Below are positions 37,829-52,273 of a DNA stretch of 64,000 bases, one piece after another. The stretch spans positions 8,432,001-8,496,000 of the forward strand of contig OZ234494.1 in assembly GCA_965153455.1 (NCBI GenBank), read 5' to 3'. Every line of letters begins with the position of its first letter. Within the stretch, counting starts at the first letter, position 1. The notes beneath the pieces were generated by a model that had not been told where the DNA came from, ran no database searches, and saw only the letters and a list, made by a program, of their open reading frames with translations. Position numbers and translations under genes: made by a program. The DNA comes from Sphagnum compactum (Eukaryota).

Positions 37829-38290
37829 TTGAAACTTCAGATGCTTGGATCTCTCTCAATACAAGTCCAAATGACATGAAATTTTTCTCACACATATATT
37901 CCTATATGATCTATAAGATCACAAAGTTACAGACCCAAAAAAAACTTAAACAAAGGAGATATGACCAAAAAACCAGATCTGCACTTAAAACTTCAGATGC
38001 TTGGATCTCTCTCAATACAAGTCCAAATGACATGAAATTTCTCTCACACATATATTCCTATATGATCTATAAGATCACAAAGTTACAGACCCAAAAAAGC
38101 TTAAACAAAGGAGATATGACCAAAAAACCAGATCTGCAGTTGAAACTTCAGATGCTTGGATCTCTCTCAATACAAGTCCAAAAGACATGAAATTTCTCTC
38201 ACACACATATTCCTATATGATCTATAAGATCACAAAGTTACAGACCCAAAAAAGCTTAAACAAAGGAGATATGACCAAAAAACCAGATCT
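37829..38290. repeat. ~155-bp tandem repeat x3 in the Gypsy 5' leader
   Basis: aaacttcagatgcttggatctctctcaatacaag recurs at 37832, 37988 and 38143. Confidence 0.95.
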
Positions 38291-38467
38291 AGCACAGAGT
38301 TTTCAAAAAGCTCTTAACTCTCACAAAACATATTCTTTTCTTTTGAAACTTTGAGAGTAGAAGCGTCCTATAGTCTTCTATAACCTTTCCAAGTTTCACT
38401 CCAAGATACCTCTAGCTACTTACTGAAACAACAAAACAAACAAACAAGAAGAAGGAGCAGATCAAAC

Positions 38468-38734
38468 TGTTATGGACCGACTACAAACAAGTGGAGAATT
38501 ACAAGACAAGACAAGCTTTATTGACCCATCAACTGGTGTTGATCTGCTGAAGGGTTGTTCCCCAGACTATCTCCTTTTATAACCCTGAGCCATACTAGTC
38601 CCAAAATATCCTAAGCCATGATATTGCCAAAAGTATCCCAAAATATCCTAGGCCATGATATTGCCAAAAGTATCCCAAAATATCCTAGGACATGACATTG
38701 CCAAAAGTATCCCAAAATATCCTAGGCCATGACA
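38468..38734 (-). repeat. Gypsy 5' LTR (267 bp; 3 full plus 1 partial 37-bp units), with TATAAAA at 38581-38575
   Basis: About 4 substitutions relative to the 3' LTR, plus a 74-bp repeat-number difference. Confidence 0.97.
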
Positions 38735-38999
38735 GAACCGATGAAAACCATATTTCACATGAAATTTGTATGAACCTGTGAAGCTTAGTAAATTTGTGAT
38801 GCAATTCGTATTGTACAAAATGGACACGTGTCATTAAAATTGTGGCCTAAATTAATACATACAAATGTTAATACACTTAATATACATACCTAAGCTATGT
38901 ATAGGAGTATTATACTTTTAATACTAGGGCTAAACCCATGCTAATTAATCTTACCCAAGGTTAAACTATCATTACTTAAGGTTAAACGTAAATTAGACC

Positions 39000-39370
39000 T
39001 TGACTAAATTAACCATGGTTGAATTACCTTACACAAAACTAATCATGGTTATGAGGTTAAATTAACCATAAATAAACTAACTTTGACTAAACTAATTTTG
39101 GGTAAATGACCTTGGTTAAACTAACTTTGGCTAAATTAACTTTCGTTCAACTAATTTTGTTTAAATTAACCATTGTTAAACAAACTTTGGTTAAATTAAC
39201 TTTGGGTAAACCAACCGTGCGTAAACTAATTTTGGTTAAATTTACCATGGCTAAAGTAAATTTGGTTAGATTAACTTTGATTAAATTAATCATGGTTGAA
39301 TTAACTAGGAAATTCAATTAACCTTAACTAATCTAACATGGCTAAAATAAACGTGGTCAAACTAACTAAT
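39000..39370. repeat. Degenerate 15-bp minisatellite (ttggttaaactaact-like)
   Basis: Visible 15-nt periodicity, which produces the spurious pentapeptide ORF at 39106-39321. Confidence 0.85.
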
Positions 39371-42300
39371 TTAACCTTCTAGTTCATTTAATCATGATTA
39401 CTTTAACTATGGTTAATCAAATCAAAATTATTTGAGCCAATTTTAATTTAATTTCTTAATTAATTTACCCAAATTTAATTTAGCATTTTAATTAGTTTAG
39501 CCATGCTTAAATTAATCCCGTAATAGATTTAACCACGGCTAATATCATTATTTTATTTTTTATTATTAATTATGTTAACATACATATGGTTAGTAGGTTA
39601 TATCATCTAACCTAAGCTAACACTTCACTTAAAAATGATAATATTATAATCATACTTATTATCAATCATTATAAGTCATTATAACTATCAAAATAATATT
39701 TTGTCATAATTATAATTATTATGAATATTAATTAATAATGAATTTTATTCTCCAATAATTAACTATGCTAGTTATGGTTAATAGGCCACACTAATTAATT
39801 AAGTTGTACGTATCACAGTGTAAATTAGCTAATAATTTAAGCTAAATAATAATATTATAATTTATTATTAATACTAAAAAACTAACTAATGTGAATAATG
39901 AATTTCATTAAATAATATTTTATTTGTATCATCATTTGTTAATAATATTATTATTACTTATAACATAAATAATGTAAGTAGGTGGTAAACTAGGTTAATA
40001 TTCCATGAGTGCAATGTAATAATTGCATATACTATGCAATTGGGTTGGTTCCATTTGGGACTAAATATGTTTTGTCTTACATCCCAATCATGCGCACTAT
40101 ATAAATAGGTGTGTTAATCTTCATCACAAATTAAATACCAGTTGCCTTCTGGGATGATCCAATGAAAGAAGTTCGACCCAAACATAAAATAAAATAATTT
40201 TAGTCCTACCTAAGCCTACCCTAACCTTATTTACCTACCCTCCTACCTAATAAATAAATTTGGGTTCCACACTAATTCACACTACTAATGACAATGATTA
40301 AATTATTATTGTGAACATAATAATTTTGTTGCAATTAATTTTTTACTTTCAAAAGACAAAATTTTATAAATTTCACTATATGTCATTTTGTTCCATTTAT
40401 ATTTTTTCATTATTGATTTGGTAAGCAAAATGTCAACGAAAGTCCAATTCATTAAATAAGTTCACAAAAAGATGAAAATAGACATAAACATTGAAAGGGT
40501 GCAAAATAAAAATGATTCTAAAATGAAATTTGATCTATAAGAAATTATAATTTGGATTGACTCTGAAATTGTCACGGTGACAATCACTAAAATGCCCATC
40601 CTACATAAACTAGTTCCAATGAAACATTGTCATTAATCATTGGGCTTTTCAATTTGCCACATGTCACCATATAATTAGCTTCAACATATGGACATGTGTC
40701 AAAATTTGATTCATAATTTATTGGATGGTTTAGATATTATTAATTTATATATAATATTCAATATTGAAATATGGATCAAATGCCAAGTGTCACCATATAA
40801 TTGGTCATTAACCATTTAAATGGTCACCATGGCAATTGCACCCTAGTTGTATGTGATAGCTTCATAGAATATACGGATGGACGAAGTATGAATCCATACT
40901 ATGCATATTATCAGCATACATATTATCACATGCAATTACATGTCGTGTGGTACTTGTTTTACACAACTATGGCGTTTAATAAGATAACTACAAGCTATGA
41001 TGGCTCACTTTTTGTTCATTTCTGGACTTTTTACAAAGTGTGCATTATTCAAATGCCACAAATGCATTATAAAATCATCAATTTGACAAAAATATTTATG
41101 GTTTAAAATTGTCAACTTGAATAAGAATATTTATTGAGGGGGGGAATACAATAAACATGCACCAATCATATAGTAAAGAACTTTTAAATTGAGCATATGG
41201 ATTATGTTTTGGGTTCTACATTTATATTCATAAACATTTTTTGTTATAATTTCATCTTTTTTATAAGGACTCAATACACAATGATATTCATGACACCTAG
41301 TTTTATTTTAGATTATTATTAGAAACATTCATAGGAAATATTATTATAACTACATTATTATATTATAATTATATTATATTAATGTAATCACATTAGAAAT
41401 TATCTTTTATTACTTATAATCAATAATTTAAAATAAAAATATTATTACAACATAATATTTTATATTAATTATTATTACTTTCACTACTTTAAACTAATAA
41501 TTTTAAAGTCATTATAATTATTTTATTAATGCATTAATGATTGAAGTGGCATAATTTATAATTAAACTTCATTATTCATAATTTATAGCTTATAAGTTTT
41601 AGTTTATATTTTTTTAAAACTATAAAGATTTTAATGTAAGCTTAATAATTAATACAACGATTATAGTTCCATGATTAAATTAAATATATTAAATTCATCA
41701 TAAAAATTTGTATTTTATATATTTAAAATATTCAAAATATTTTACTTTAATTAATGTACTTGAATGAAAATATTTTACTTTACATATGACGAATAATTTT
41801 TTAAAATTTTACTATTATAACATTAAAACTTTACTCTAATATTTAACAATTCGAGTAATAAAAAATAATTATTGGAAGAAGACAAATCATACATTAATTA
41901 CAGTAGTTACACGTTAATTATATAATTTACCTACTATTCATAATTTAGAATTGATAATTTATACTTAAATTTTGTGCTTCAAAAAATAATAAACCTTAAT
42001 ATCAAATTAAATTATTGATGTAATTAATTTATATAAACAAGTTTGAGTATAATAATTTATTTTATTAATTATTACCTATTTATAATAAATAATTATTGTT
42101 ACTACAAAAACTTTACAATAATAGTTCTATCATAATAAAAATTTATTAATGTAATTAATGTGTAATTACCATTAAAATGTATTTTCTTTATTGCTAAATT
42201 AATTATAATAGTGTCATAACTAATAATTGAACTAAATAGCCATGATTGAAACTTACAAATTTCATTTTTTAATTGTATATGAACTTTATTGTATTTAGAA

Positions 42301-45209
42301 TAATTAATTTAATGAATTTATTTGCAAGGATTATAATTTAGTAAATTAATCATTTTTATAATTATTTATCTATAATCAATATTTTTTGTACATCATAAAG
42401 ATTTATACTATGTGTTTATATTTTTTAAGTAAGAAGAATTTTATTCTATTTGATTTGTGGAACCTATTAAGTATACATACTTCATATTTATTAATACTAA
42501 ATATTTATTATAATAAACTAAATAATAATTTGAATAGTAATTAAATAACTAAACTTGAACTACAATAATAATTCAATAGGATTATTAAAATGTCGAATAA
42601 ATTATTATATAATATTCATACCTTATATCAAATGAATTATTTTGTTAAATAATTATAATAATGTTACTAATCTAAGCACTATTAGATAGATTAATAATAA
42701 AAAATTCTATAAAATGAATCATTAATATGATAAATTAATAATTATTTTATTACTTATAATTAATATTCAATATTTAATAAATAGACATTAGATCCATATA
42801 ATTAATATTTTAAATAATCTGAATATTATTTATTATACGTTTAATAATATTTTAATTATAGAATTATTTAACTTGAATTAATAATGAATTATTATGATAT
42901 ATCATAAGATTTTTACTTTTTTTGTTAGTTATTTAACTAAGTTTTCTATTTTAATAATTAATAGCTAGTTTGTTCATTATGTTATTAATTAGCAAATTAA
43001 TTTTTTATTTACTAAAGGAATTATATAATTTAAGAATATAGGTTTTTTGTAGTTTATAACTAAATTCTCTAATGGCAACATAGTTTGCAATTAAGGTCCA
43101 ACTCCAAAATTTATCCCATTTGTTTTGTTTTGCATTTTCTTCTTTAGAAAAAGGTATAAGGGCGGTCTATTGTTTTACATTTCCATATGAAAAAACATGG
43201 GCCATAAAGGATGAGCCAATTAAAACTGTTTAACCCGATTTTTTTTATATAATTATGTACCTACTTTTAAAGACCCAACGTTTTTAAACAACATGTCAAC
43301 CTAACTACTTACCTATTTACCTACTTAGATAAATATTTAGCTTAAGGAGGTTGGAAGGTGTTTATTTTAAATAAATAGGTATGTAGATCCTTCCTACCTA
43401 TGTACCTAGTTTGTCCTATTTACCTAAATTGATTTTGAACAAATTTAATTAATATGCCATGTGGCACATTTTGATTATGCGACATGGCACAATTAAAAAT
43501 CATCAAAACATATAAATTAGACATGTTAGATTATTTCAAAATTATGGCACATTTTGATTGTGGCACTTGTCATAATCTAAAGCCATCCAAACATATAAAT
43601 TGGACATTTAAGATTATTTCAAAATTATGGCACATGTCATAATCCAAAATAATCCAACCATATAAATTAGATGTCTTAAATTATTTCAAAATTATATTTA
43701 AAATACTTAAAATAATACAAAAAAAGGACACGCAAAACATATCATTTGTTTTCATTGTCCACCAAAATAGTTGCATATTAATTACAAACGACAATATGTA
43801 TATGGCTAGTCAAAGGATGAAGGTGTATTTTGTTGACCTTTTTTCATACAAAATTTATTGTTGTTTGTGATTAATATCATATGATTTGTCCAACGCGACT
43901 AATGGGATTTTAATCATAAATGTTATTTGTGACAAAATTTTCATTGCAAGGACTAAACATAAATTGTCACTTTTCTTATAGCATTTGCAATTCATATTTG
44001 TAACTAGTTTTTAAATTATAATCAACACTATGATTAAAATTCGACCCAATAATAAATGACAAATTTCATTAACCATAGTTGCAAACAATAGATTACAAGT
44101 ACATTTTGATTTAATGATGTTCATCAAGTTGCCTCCAACGTCTAACATCCTCATGAAGCCTTTGCAAGCATCAATAACTTGTTCCCACAATCTAAAAGAC
44201 TTTTGCGTATTTTATAACATTATTGGAACTTTTATTACAAGGGATACCATATTGCAAGTGGACTTGCCTAATATGTCAAATTCCATATTCATGTACCAAC
44301 CTACATATTGTTCATACACTTTTTTAAACAATAGTAATATCCAAGAGCATGGACTCATGGGCACCACATTTCACATTTTAATTTATCAATCCTTTTGGCT
44401 CATTGTACATGATGTAGCCATATATCAAATTGTAGAGAAAATGTTCTTAAAATTTTGGGTTACCAATCACCCACATTGTAAAGAAATCTTTGTCATTAAG
44501 TTCGGGTCCAATCATGGGTGGTGCTAAAGTTACACACAAATAAGTCTATAGTCAAATGAAAATGTAATACCCTTTAGGGTTGAAAACAAGAGGAATCATG
44601 TATTCTTATTCCACAATGATAAGCAACATAGCACTTATGGACACCGCTTTGAACCCAACTTGTTTCGTTAAATTAGCTATTTCCAACCTTGGTGTATTAA
44701 GGCTGCCCATTGGCCTCCTCTACATGGTTTCCAAGCTTATTTGCGATGGTGAAAATGAATTGGGCCTCAGATTTGGAAGCTTAGCAGATCGCAAGGCTAA
44801 ACAAACATTTGCTTGTTGCTGACATGATCCGGAAGGCTAGTTGCAGCGCGCGCTAAGGTTACGAAACAAGTTATTAAGCCCTAACGGCGGCGGCACATCA
44901 ACTCTCCCGCCTCCGATCAGCTTAGGAGGATTCGTTCGAACCAACTGTCTGTTAGCTCGTTGGTGCAGAACGACCATGACTCTCGATTTGAGACGAAACT
45001 TCCTCCGATGGAAGGCCCGTCTCTTAGGATCCACTGCACGGGAGGAGAGTGCCGACAAGCTTGACGGTTTTTGGAGGATCTGCGCGGCAATCGCTTCTCG
45101 GAAGAGTCGAAGGAACAGCTCAACCCGGGGGTGATGGCGGTCACAATGAGGACAAGTCCCAACGGCCGCCATCGCCACGCGTCTTCTCCCTGTGTCATTT
45201 CAAGGCGCG

Positions 45210-47600
45210 ATGGAAACCGCCGAAACTTCAAATTCGGTTCACCTCATCCAGGTGCCCCCCTTTACCTTCCCTTTTCCACGCACTTCAGATCTTCCATCTG
45301 CAAATATTGGCTTGGGATTTGGTTCTAGGGACTTGGACGCAATTGCTACAAGGCAGGTGGCTCATGAAGACCATTCAGTCGCCAAAACAAAAGCGACAAG
45401 CATGAAACACACGCAAAGAAGGAAACTAGCCGCCCCAGCAACGGCCCCAGCCACCCTCCCTCTGATCATGCCTCCAGGTAACGGGATATATCCGCTCCTC
45501 CCTCAGGGGAAGAGCTCCAAGGACCATCGCTAGTAGACTACGAGTTAGAGCTAAAAGTGGAATTTCCGCCGGAAATGGTGTTGGAAATGCAGGAAGGTGC
45601 GGCATGTAAAGCACACAAAATGGTCATTGGAAGAACCCTTGGCGGCAAACCAACATTCAAGGCTCTTCAAGACTGCCTTAAGCTTCACTTACCAACCTCC
45701 TTTGAAGCAGCTACCCCGTTAACAAGGGGCTTTTTTTAAGTTCTTTTCGTTGACGAAGAAGGGGCAAAAGCTAGTAGAAAATTCATGGCGGTAGAATGGG
45801 ACGGCCTAAATCTCTCCTTCTCCAGGTACATTCCCAATTTTGATGCCAGCGCTCAAGGCGTCGAGACCTTGCTCTCCCACACGATAAAGGTATAATTTCC
45901 AGACTTCCATTAGCAATTCAGGAATGTTAAAGCTCTCACAATCATGGCTAACAAAATAGGAGATGTTCTAGAAATAAAAATAGCAGACTTGTACATGAAA
46001 AGACTCATAGGTCCCATGATCACGGTGGAAACCCGTGATATTAGCAAGCTCGCCGGCTACATCCACATCCCCTCCATGGCGAAAGGGGCAAACGTGAAAA
46101 ACACTACCCCTCAAAGAATCCTGTACTCGAGTCTCCCCAACCAGTGCCGGAAATGCTGCCGATTTGGGCACTTCGCTCGAATTTGCACAGTACTTAGAGC
46201 TCCAATTTGGGATGGGAGCGCTCCCGCAAGCACTCCCCCAACATGGAGCAAAAGAGTGACACGGGGCTTGGCTACCACACCCACCAATCAAACCTCCGGC
46301 TCCAACCACAGGAACGGGAGGAGACAAGGAAGTTGGAGTAAACAACCCACTCACGAAATCAGATCAACGCTTCCAATGGAAGGGGTCAAACCAGGACAGA
46401 CGCCATGCTCACCCCCAATGAATCTCATAACCAGGACCACAAAGATGAGCACAACTGGGGAAGACTGGGAGTAGAAAGCCTCGGCCAACACCAAAAAAGA
46501 CCAAACAACGAGAGGATCGGCGGCCGCCCTAACGCATCAAGTAACCGAGACTCTCAACGCCCCCCCCTCAGGCCCCACGGATCAAGGGGAAAGAGCAATC
46601 GGATGCGACATTTCCAAAGCAAAATTAAGTTTCGACCTCGCGGGAGGGCGGGGTGACGTAACACAAAAAAAGGGCTGACGCCAACCCCTTTGAAGCTCTG
46701 AATGGGAAAGTTGAGAGCTCTGACTTCCTCAGGAAATCCCCGGGGGATCTAGACAGAGGCTGGAGCTTTCAGGGGAAAAAGAAGCACCAAGTCAAGATTG
46801 ACACAACCCGCCCAGAAGCCGGCCAACCCTCTTCACCCCACCACTCGGTCAAGAACAGCCCTAGGGGTGAAAAGAGGTCAGATGCACTCTAAATTTCACC
46901 ATTCTTTCTTTTCTTCTCTTGGAATCCCCCTCCCAACTGACGTTGAACACTGTAGAGCCCACATATGGCCAGTTCTCACAAGAGAAAAAGGCCCCTAAAA
47001 GGAGATCTTGATCCGCTCCAAAAATCAAGCTTTGCCCATCCTCCCAATCAGGATCAGAATCATAGGAAACGGTGAAGAGGTTTGGTCCTCTTAACCAACC
47101 ATGGAAGAGCTGATTCAACACGTGGCGATCAGGCTGGAAGAAAACATTTTAAGATACAAATTATCGTTGAAGGAACACCTCAACTTCAAATGGAACTGGT
47201 GGGAGGAACCAAGCAGGGGGGGACTTGAATGCACCATTCTGGCCCACATCCCGGTCGGAACCAACCCTATCAGTATCCAAAACAAGAAGCACTTACACTG
47301 GAAAGCACTGGACATTATCTCGATCATGAATAATGACGCGGAATTTGCTGCCCCGGCCCACAACCTCTTACTGAAGTCAGGAACTATAGGAGAGGACCAA
47401 TAAACTTAGAAGGGCACGACTGCCAGCATCTAGGCCTCGCCTCAAACAGCCAAGAAGAAGTGCAACGCCATTGGACCTGGAGTGCTCCCAGACCCCAAAC
47501 GCGTCAACCCATAGCTCCGTCCCCAACTCGCAAGACTCAGATAGGGATCGGACCGAGGATAGCTCCCGGAGGAACCCTCCACCACAGGGATCGATCGACA
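45210..47600 (+). pseudogene. LINE ORF1 remnant (DUF4283-like region plus CCHC knuckle)
   Basis: KMVIGRTLGGKPTFKALQDCLKLHL...LTRGFF and LPNQCRKCCRFGHFARIC. Multiple stops and frameshifts. Confidence 0.78.
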
Positions 47601-50600
47601 CTCAAGTCGCCCTGATCCATCTTCCTCATGAATAGGAAAGTCCTCACTTTGGCCTCCCTAAATGTGAGGAGCTTAGGGAGGAGCTCTCCTAAAAAAAAGG
47701 AGATCAGATCTTGGGTCTCCTCCCTAACCACCCCCTTCAAATTATACTCCTTCAGGAACACCACTTGGGGGAAACAGACTGCATCAATTCAACGAAAGGA
47801 ATCGAGTTCTGGAATGGCGCATCATTCTGGAACCAAAGCATACTAATGGGACGCTCACAAAGATTGAACGCGGGCACCTCCATATTAGTAGATAGATCTT
47901 TCGCCCCTCTAATTATCGCCAACGGCATCTTTCTAGAAGGAAGAGCTCAATTCATAACTCTCCAGATCCCAGACAACGGGAACCTGACAATCATCAACGT
48001 GTACGCCGCTCGTTCCTCAAATGAAAGAGTGTCGATGTGGAAGCGGCTGAGTGAAGCCAACCTCGATGCCGCCCACATCATCTTGGGCAACGACTTCAAC
48101 CACTTTGAAAAGACAAATCGCAGAGGAATAGCTGGAAAACGTCGAATGCATAGGAGGGAAGCGACCGCATGGCACCACATGACGCTTTAATACGGATTAA
48201 CGGACGCCTGGAAACTGGATAATTTTCGAAAAATGTCCACAAAGGAGTTCACCTTCGACAACGGTAGATTCGGCGCCCGCTCGGCGATCTCGCGTATAAA
48301 CAAGTTCCTCGTCTCATAGGACCTGGACACGAAAGGAGGGAGAATTGAGGCGGCCACTTCGGTCCACAAACTCTCGAACCACTCTCCCTTGGTTCTAACC
48401 ATCTGGGGATAGTTGGGCCCCCCCTACAAACCAAATCACTACTTTGACTCCTCCCTTCTAATAGATGAAAAAGGCAGAGCTGTAATGCTTCAAGCTTGGG
48501 ACGGGGAGTTGCCCAAGCCCACAATCGACTCAGAATGGGCCCCCTGACTAGAGGCCGTCACCAAAAGAACAATGTTTTGTAACACGCAACTAGCAAAAGA
48601 GAGGAATTGATTAAAAGGAGCGCAAGTTAGAAAAGAAAAAGTCTGAGCACACGCAAAGAAAATTCAGCTAGCTGAGAAACAGCTACAACTGGACCCAACG
48701 AATGAACAAATTCGAGACATCATGTCCGAGTCGCGAGGGAAGCTCGCGGAGTTTTTCCAAGCCTTAGTCGAGCACCACAGCCACCATTCGGTCACAAAAT
48801 TGCTCAGGTATGGAGATACTTGCTCCCAAAAAAATTATTACTTTCCTCCGATCGGAAAATAAAGACGCTTCTGAAGGAGCTGGAGGTAAACGGGAGAACA
48901 ATTTCTAGCCAAAGGGATTTCTCCCACTACATCACTAAATTCTATGCAAACTTCTACGCCTCAAAACCGCATGCCTCAGGCACCTCAGAAGCTCAAAAGA
49001 GATGCTAGGAGAGTGTCCCCGTTCGGGTCACGGAGGCAATGAACGCCGCCATGACCCGGACCTTGACACTTGAGGAGGTCGCTGAGGCCATTGCATCTCT
49101 TCCCAAAGGCAAGGCCCTGGACACGATGGATTGCCAACCGAATTCTTCCAAGAATATGCGAAAGAGGTTGCCCCCACGTTTCTCCTAACTTTCAAGGCAA
49201 TGTTATCCTTGGGGCTAACCTCGGAATACATTAACAAGGGAATGATCACCTTGATTCTGAAGTCAGGAGATCATTCCAAACTAGGGACCTGCCGTCCAAT
49301 CACCCTCCTTGGGAACATTTATAAAATCCTAGCTAAAACTTTAGCGAAAAGGATCCAGCCTCACCTTCCTCTCGTGATCAGACCAAACCGAACCGGATTT
49401 GTGGAAGGAAAGAGCATTGTAGACAACAATTTTTTAGCCCAAGAAGCCCTGGATTGGGTAGTTGAGAGCGGCCAGGATCTCGTCGTCGTCCTCCTAAACT
49501 TTGAAAAAACATTCGACAGAATAAAATGGGGATTCCTTTTCCCAGCTCTATCCAGGCTGGGCTTCAGTCCCAAGTGGATCAAATGGGTCTCCTCCCTCTA
49601 TTGGCTAGCGTCCTCCTTTATCAAAGTCAATGGTGAACCTGGGGAGGATTTCAGGCCAGCCAAGTCGGTTAGGCAAGGCTGCCTACTGGCCCCGTACCTG
49701 TTCATTCTCGCAACTGACATCCTAAGCCACATGCTGGACGACCCCAAACATGAGGTAGAAGGGCTATCCCTCCCCAAAGGGGGTTGTGTTCGAGACCAGA
49801 CTTTCGCGGACAACACCGCCCTGTATCTTAGGGGCACTCCCAGCAACCTGAGCAAAGCCAGGTCAGTCTTGGATTTATTCTGCCGCGCTTCTAGTGCAAA
49901 AGTTAACTGGGGAAAGTCGCCGGCAATATGGGCTAGCAAAGAAAAGAGAAAATGGAAATGGGGGCAAGAGGTCGAGCTCAGATGGATACCCGAAGGCCAA
50001 GGTGTTCGATACTTAGGCATCCAAATAGGCTTCCGGCTTCTCACGAAGGCCAATTTTGACAAACTCATGCACTCCCTAAAAGGGAAAATGATTGTTTGGG
50101 GCAATTGCAACCTCTCCCTCGTCGGCAGAATTCTGGTTGCCAACCAGGTCCTACTCTCCTCCATGTGGTACTTGGTGGCTTGTTGGAATCCCAACCCTAG
50201 AGTGTGCAACCAGGTCAGGGGGGTGGTTCGCAACTTCATTTGGGGGGTCAAAGCTTCCAACACCCGAGCCAAGGTTAAGTGGGACTCCCTCACTTTCCCC
50301 TTGTCAAGCGGCGGGCTGGGTATCATAGATCCCAAAGCCCAATCCGAAGCCCTGCTCGCTAAATTCCTAATGAGAGGGTTATCCCCACGGGGAGAACCCT
50401 GGAAAGAAATATGGAGACACCAAGCGGACTAGATCCAACTCCCGATGCACGGCAAAGGGCCAAAGAACCCAGACATAAATTGGCTCTTCGCCGTCCCCAA
50501 ATTAAAAAAAACGACCTCCTCTTTTTGGAAAAGTATTTTCAGCTCCTGGTTAAACATCAAGGCCGACCTTGTGAAAATTGAACCGTCATCCTGCGCGGAG

Positions 50601-51708
50601 GTGCTCAGGTAGCCCATCTTCAGCAATCCTCTCATCACCAACACGGCTGGCCACCCCCTTGGGGTAAGCGGCCTCAATGAAGGGAACACCATCGCCAAAG
50701 CGGGCTGCACCAAGATAAAAGATCTCTGGGACCCGGTAGAAAGGGACTGGAAGAGCCTCCCAGCCCTCCGGATGAACTTCGACATCATCAACTGGATGAA
50801 CAAGGGAATCATTATAGATAGCATTCCCTGGAACCCTGCAATAGACCCTAGTGGCTCCGGATAGGGGATTGGATAAGCAGTAGGGCCCCAGGCAACAGTC
50901 CCCCTTTCCTTGGGTGTACTATGTAACTGGGTCCACTCCCAACACAGTACAAGCCATCGAATTTCAAAGGGTCTCCCCCAGCGGCCTTATCAGAGCGGTG
51001 AGCTCCCAAGAAGTGGTACTCTCCCCGAAGGGCTACCACCTAATCAAGGTCCTCACACAAGAAAGACACGGAGCTCCCCTCAGGGTTGCCAGAGATCTGC
51101 TTGCGCCCCCCAAACACCCCCCCCTTTTATGGATCTTCGAATTCGGCTTCATTGAAGGCCTCCCCTGGGACCTCGGGAAGTGGCACTGGCAGGTAGCCCC
51201 CCAAACGGATACTTGGCCAAGTGGGGCTACAGGAACACAAGGAATCCCACGCATATCCCCTACATCCGCTCCTTCATCCAGCAACTAAACCTCCAAAATT
51301 CCACTAACTCTCAAATCATTGCTAGAATCTGGCACAACTCCCGCCCCCGTAAAGTTGGTACCCTCATCTGGCTCACCCTGAACCATGGTCTCCCGGTCGA
51401 CACCTGGCTTCAATGCATGGGGATTCCCCCCACGTGCAAGGTCTGTGTGAGGATTTATTGCACACCTTCACCACTAAGATATGCACTCACAATAAAAGAC
51501 CCGGTTGGAAGTGGAACTACTATGTAGTGTAGTCTAACAAGTAAGGTGGTTCGAAGTAAGTAATGAAATTCACTAAAAAAAATCTAATGCGTTGTGTCCA
51601 AATCTCATGAGTTTTTATTTTATTTTATGTCTTTGACCAAAGTTAAGCCCCGAAACTAAAAACCATTTGCTTTCATTGAGGAAAACAAAACAAACATCTC
51701 AACCTCTT

Positions 51709-52273
51709 CTACTTCCAACACCTGCAACTCCCTCACAGCAAAACCGATGATGCTGAATTTTTGGGAGGAGCTTCAACACCTTCCAAACTAAAATTGATCT
51801 AATTTTGACACAAATCCAACGGTGGATTTAAGAGAAACAATTAACTAAACCAAACGTCCAGAGGCTTCACTACGATTCTTTCATGAACCCCTCTTCAACA
51901 CCCTCTACTTCCAACACCTGCAACTCCCTCACAGCAAAACCGATGATGTTGAATTTTTGGGAGGAGCTTCTACACCTTCCAAACTAAAACTGATTTAATT
52001 TTGACACAAATCCAATGGTGGATTTGAGAGAAACAATTAACTAAACCAAAAGTCCAGAGGCTTCACTACGATTCTTTCATGAACCCCTCTTCAACACCCT
52101 CTACTTCCAACACCTGCAACTCCCTCACTGCAAAACCGATGATGTTGAATTTTTGGGAGGAGCTTTTACACCTTTCAAACTAAAACTGATTTAATTTTGA
52201 CGCAAATCCAACGGTGGATTTCAGAGAAACAATTAATTAAATCAAAAGTCCAGAGGCTTCATTACGATTCTTT
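51709..52273. repeat. 196-bp tandem repeat x~3 inside the solo LTR
   Basis: ctacttccaacacctgcaactccctcac recurs at 51709, 51905 and 52101. Confidence 0.95.

Larger units (their letters stand above)
32741..38734 (-). mobile_element. Full-length Ty3/Gypsy chromovirus (Tcn1-like) LTR retrotransposon, 5994 bp
   Basis: TG...CA LTRs at both ends and a perfect 5-bp TSD GAACC (32736-40, 38735-39). Domain order is gag, protease, RT, RNase H, integrase, chromodomain. PPT GAGGAGAGGATAA abuts the 3' LTR. Confidence 0.97.
31862..43983. mobile_element. Large non-autonomous CACTA-family element hosting a nested Gypsy insertion
   Basis: Left TIR CACTAGAAGAAAA and degenerate right TIR TTTTCTTATAGCA, with TTT on both flanks. 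Both subterminal regions (tgcaacta-type repeats; 43170-43983) are homologous to the ends of the element at 57521-60240. The interior is very AT-rich with no transposase ORF. Confidence 0.7.

Noticed and set aside
39106-39321. Pentapeptide-repeat ORF (TLVKL)n
   Set aside because: It is a by-product of a 15-bp minisatellite in an AT-rich TE interior.
49598-50335. 245-aa minus-strand ORF
   Set aside because: It is the antisense shadow of the LINE RT region and has no motifs of its own.
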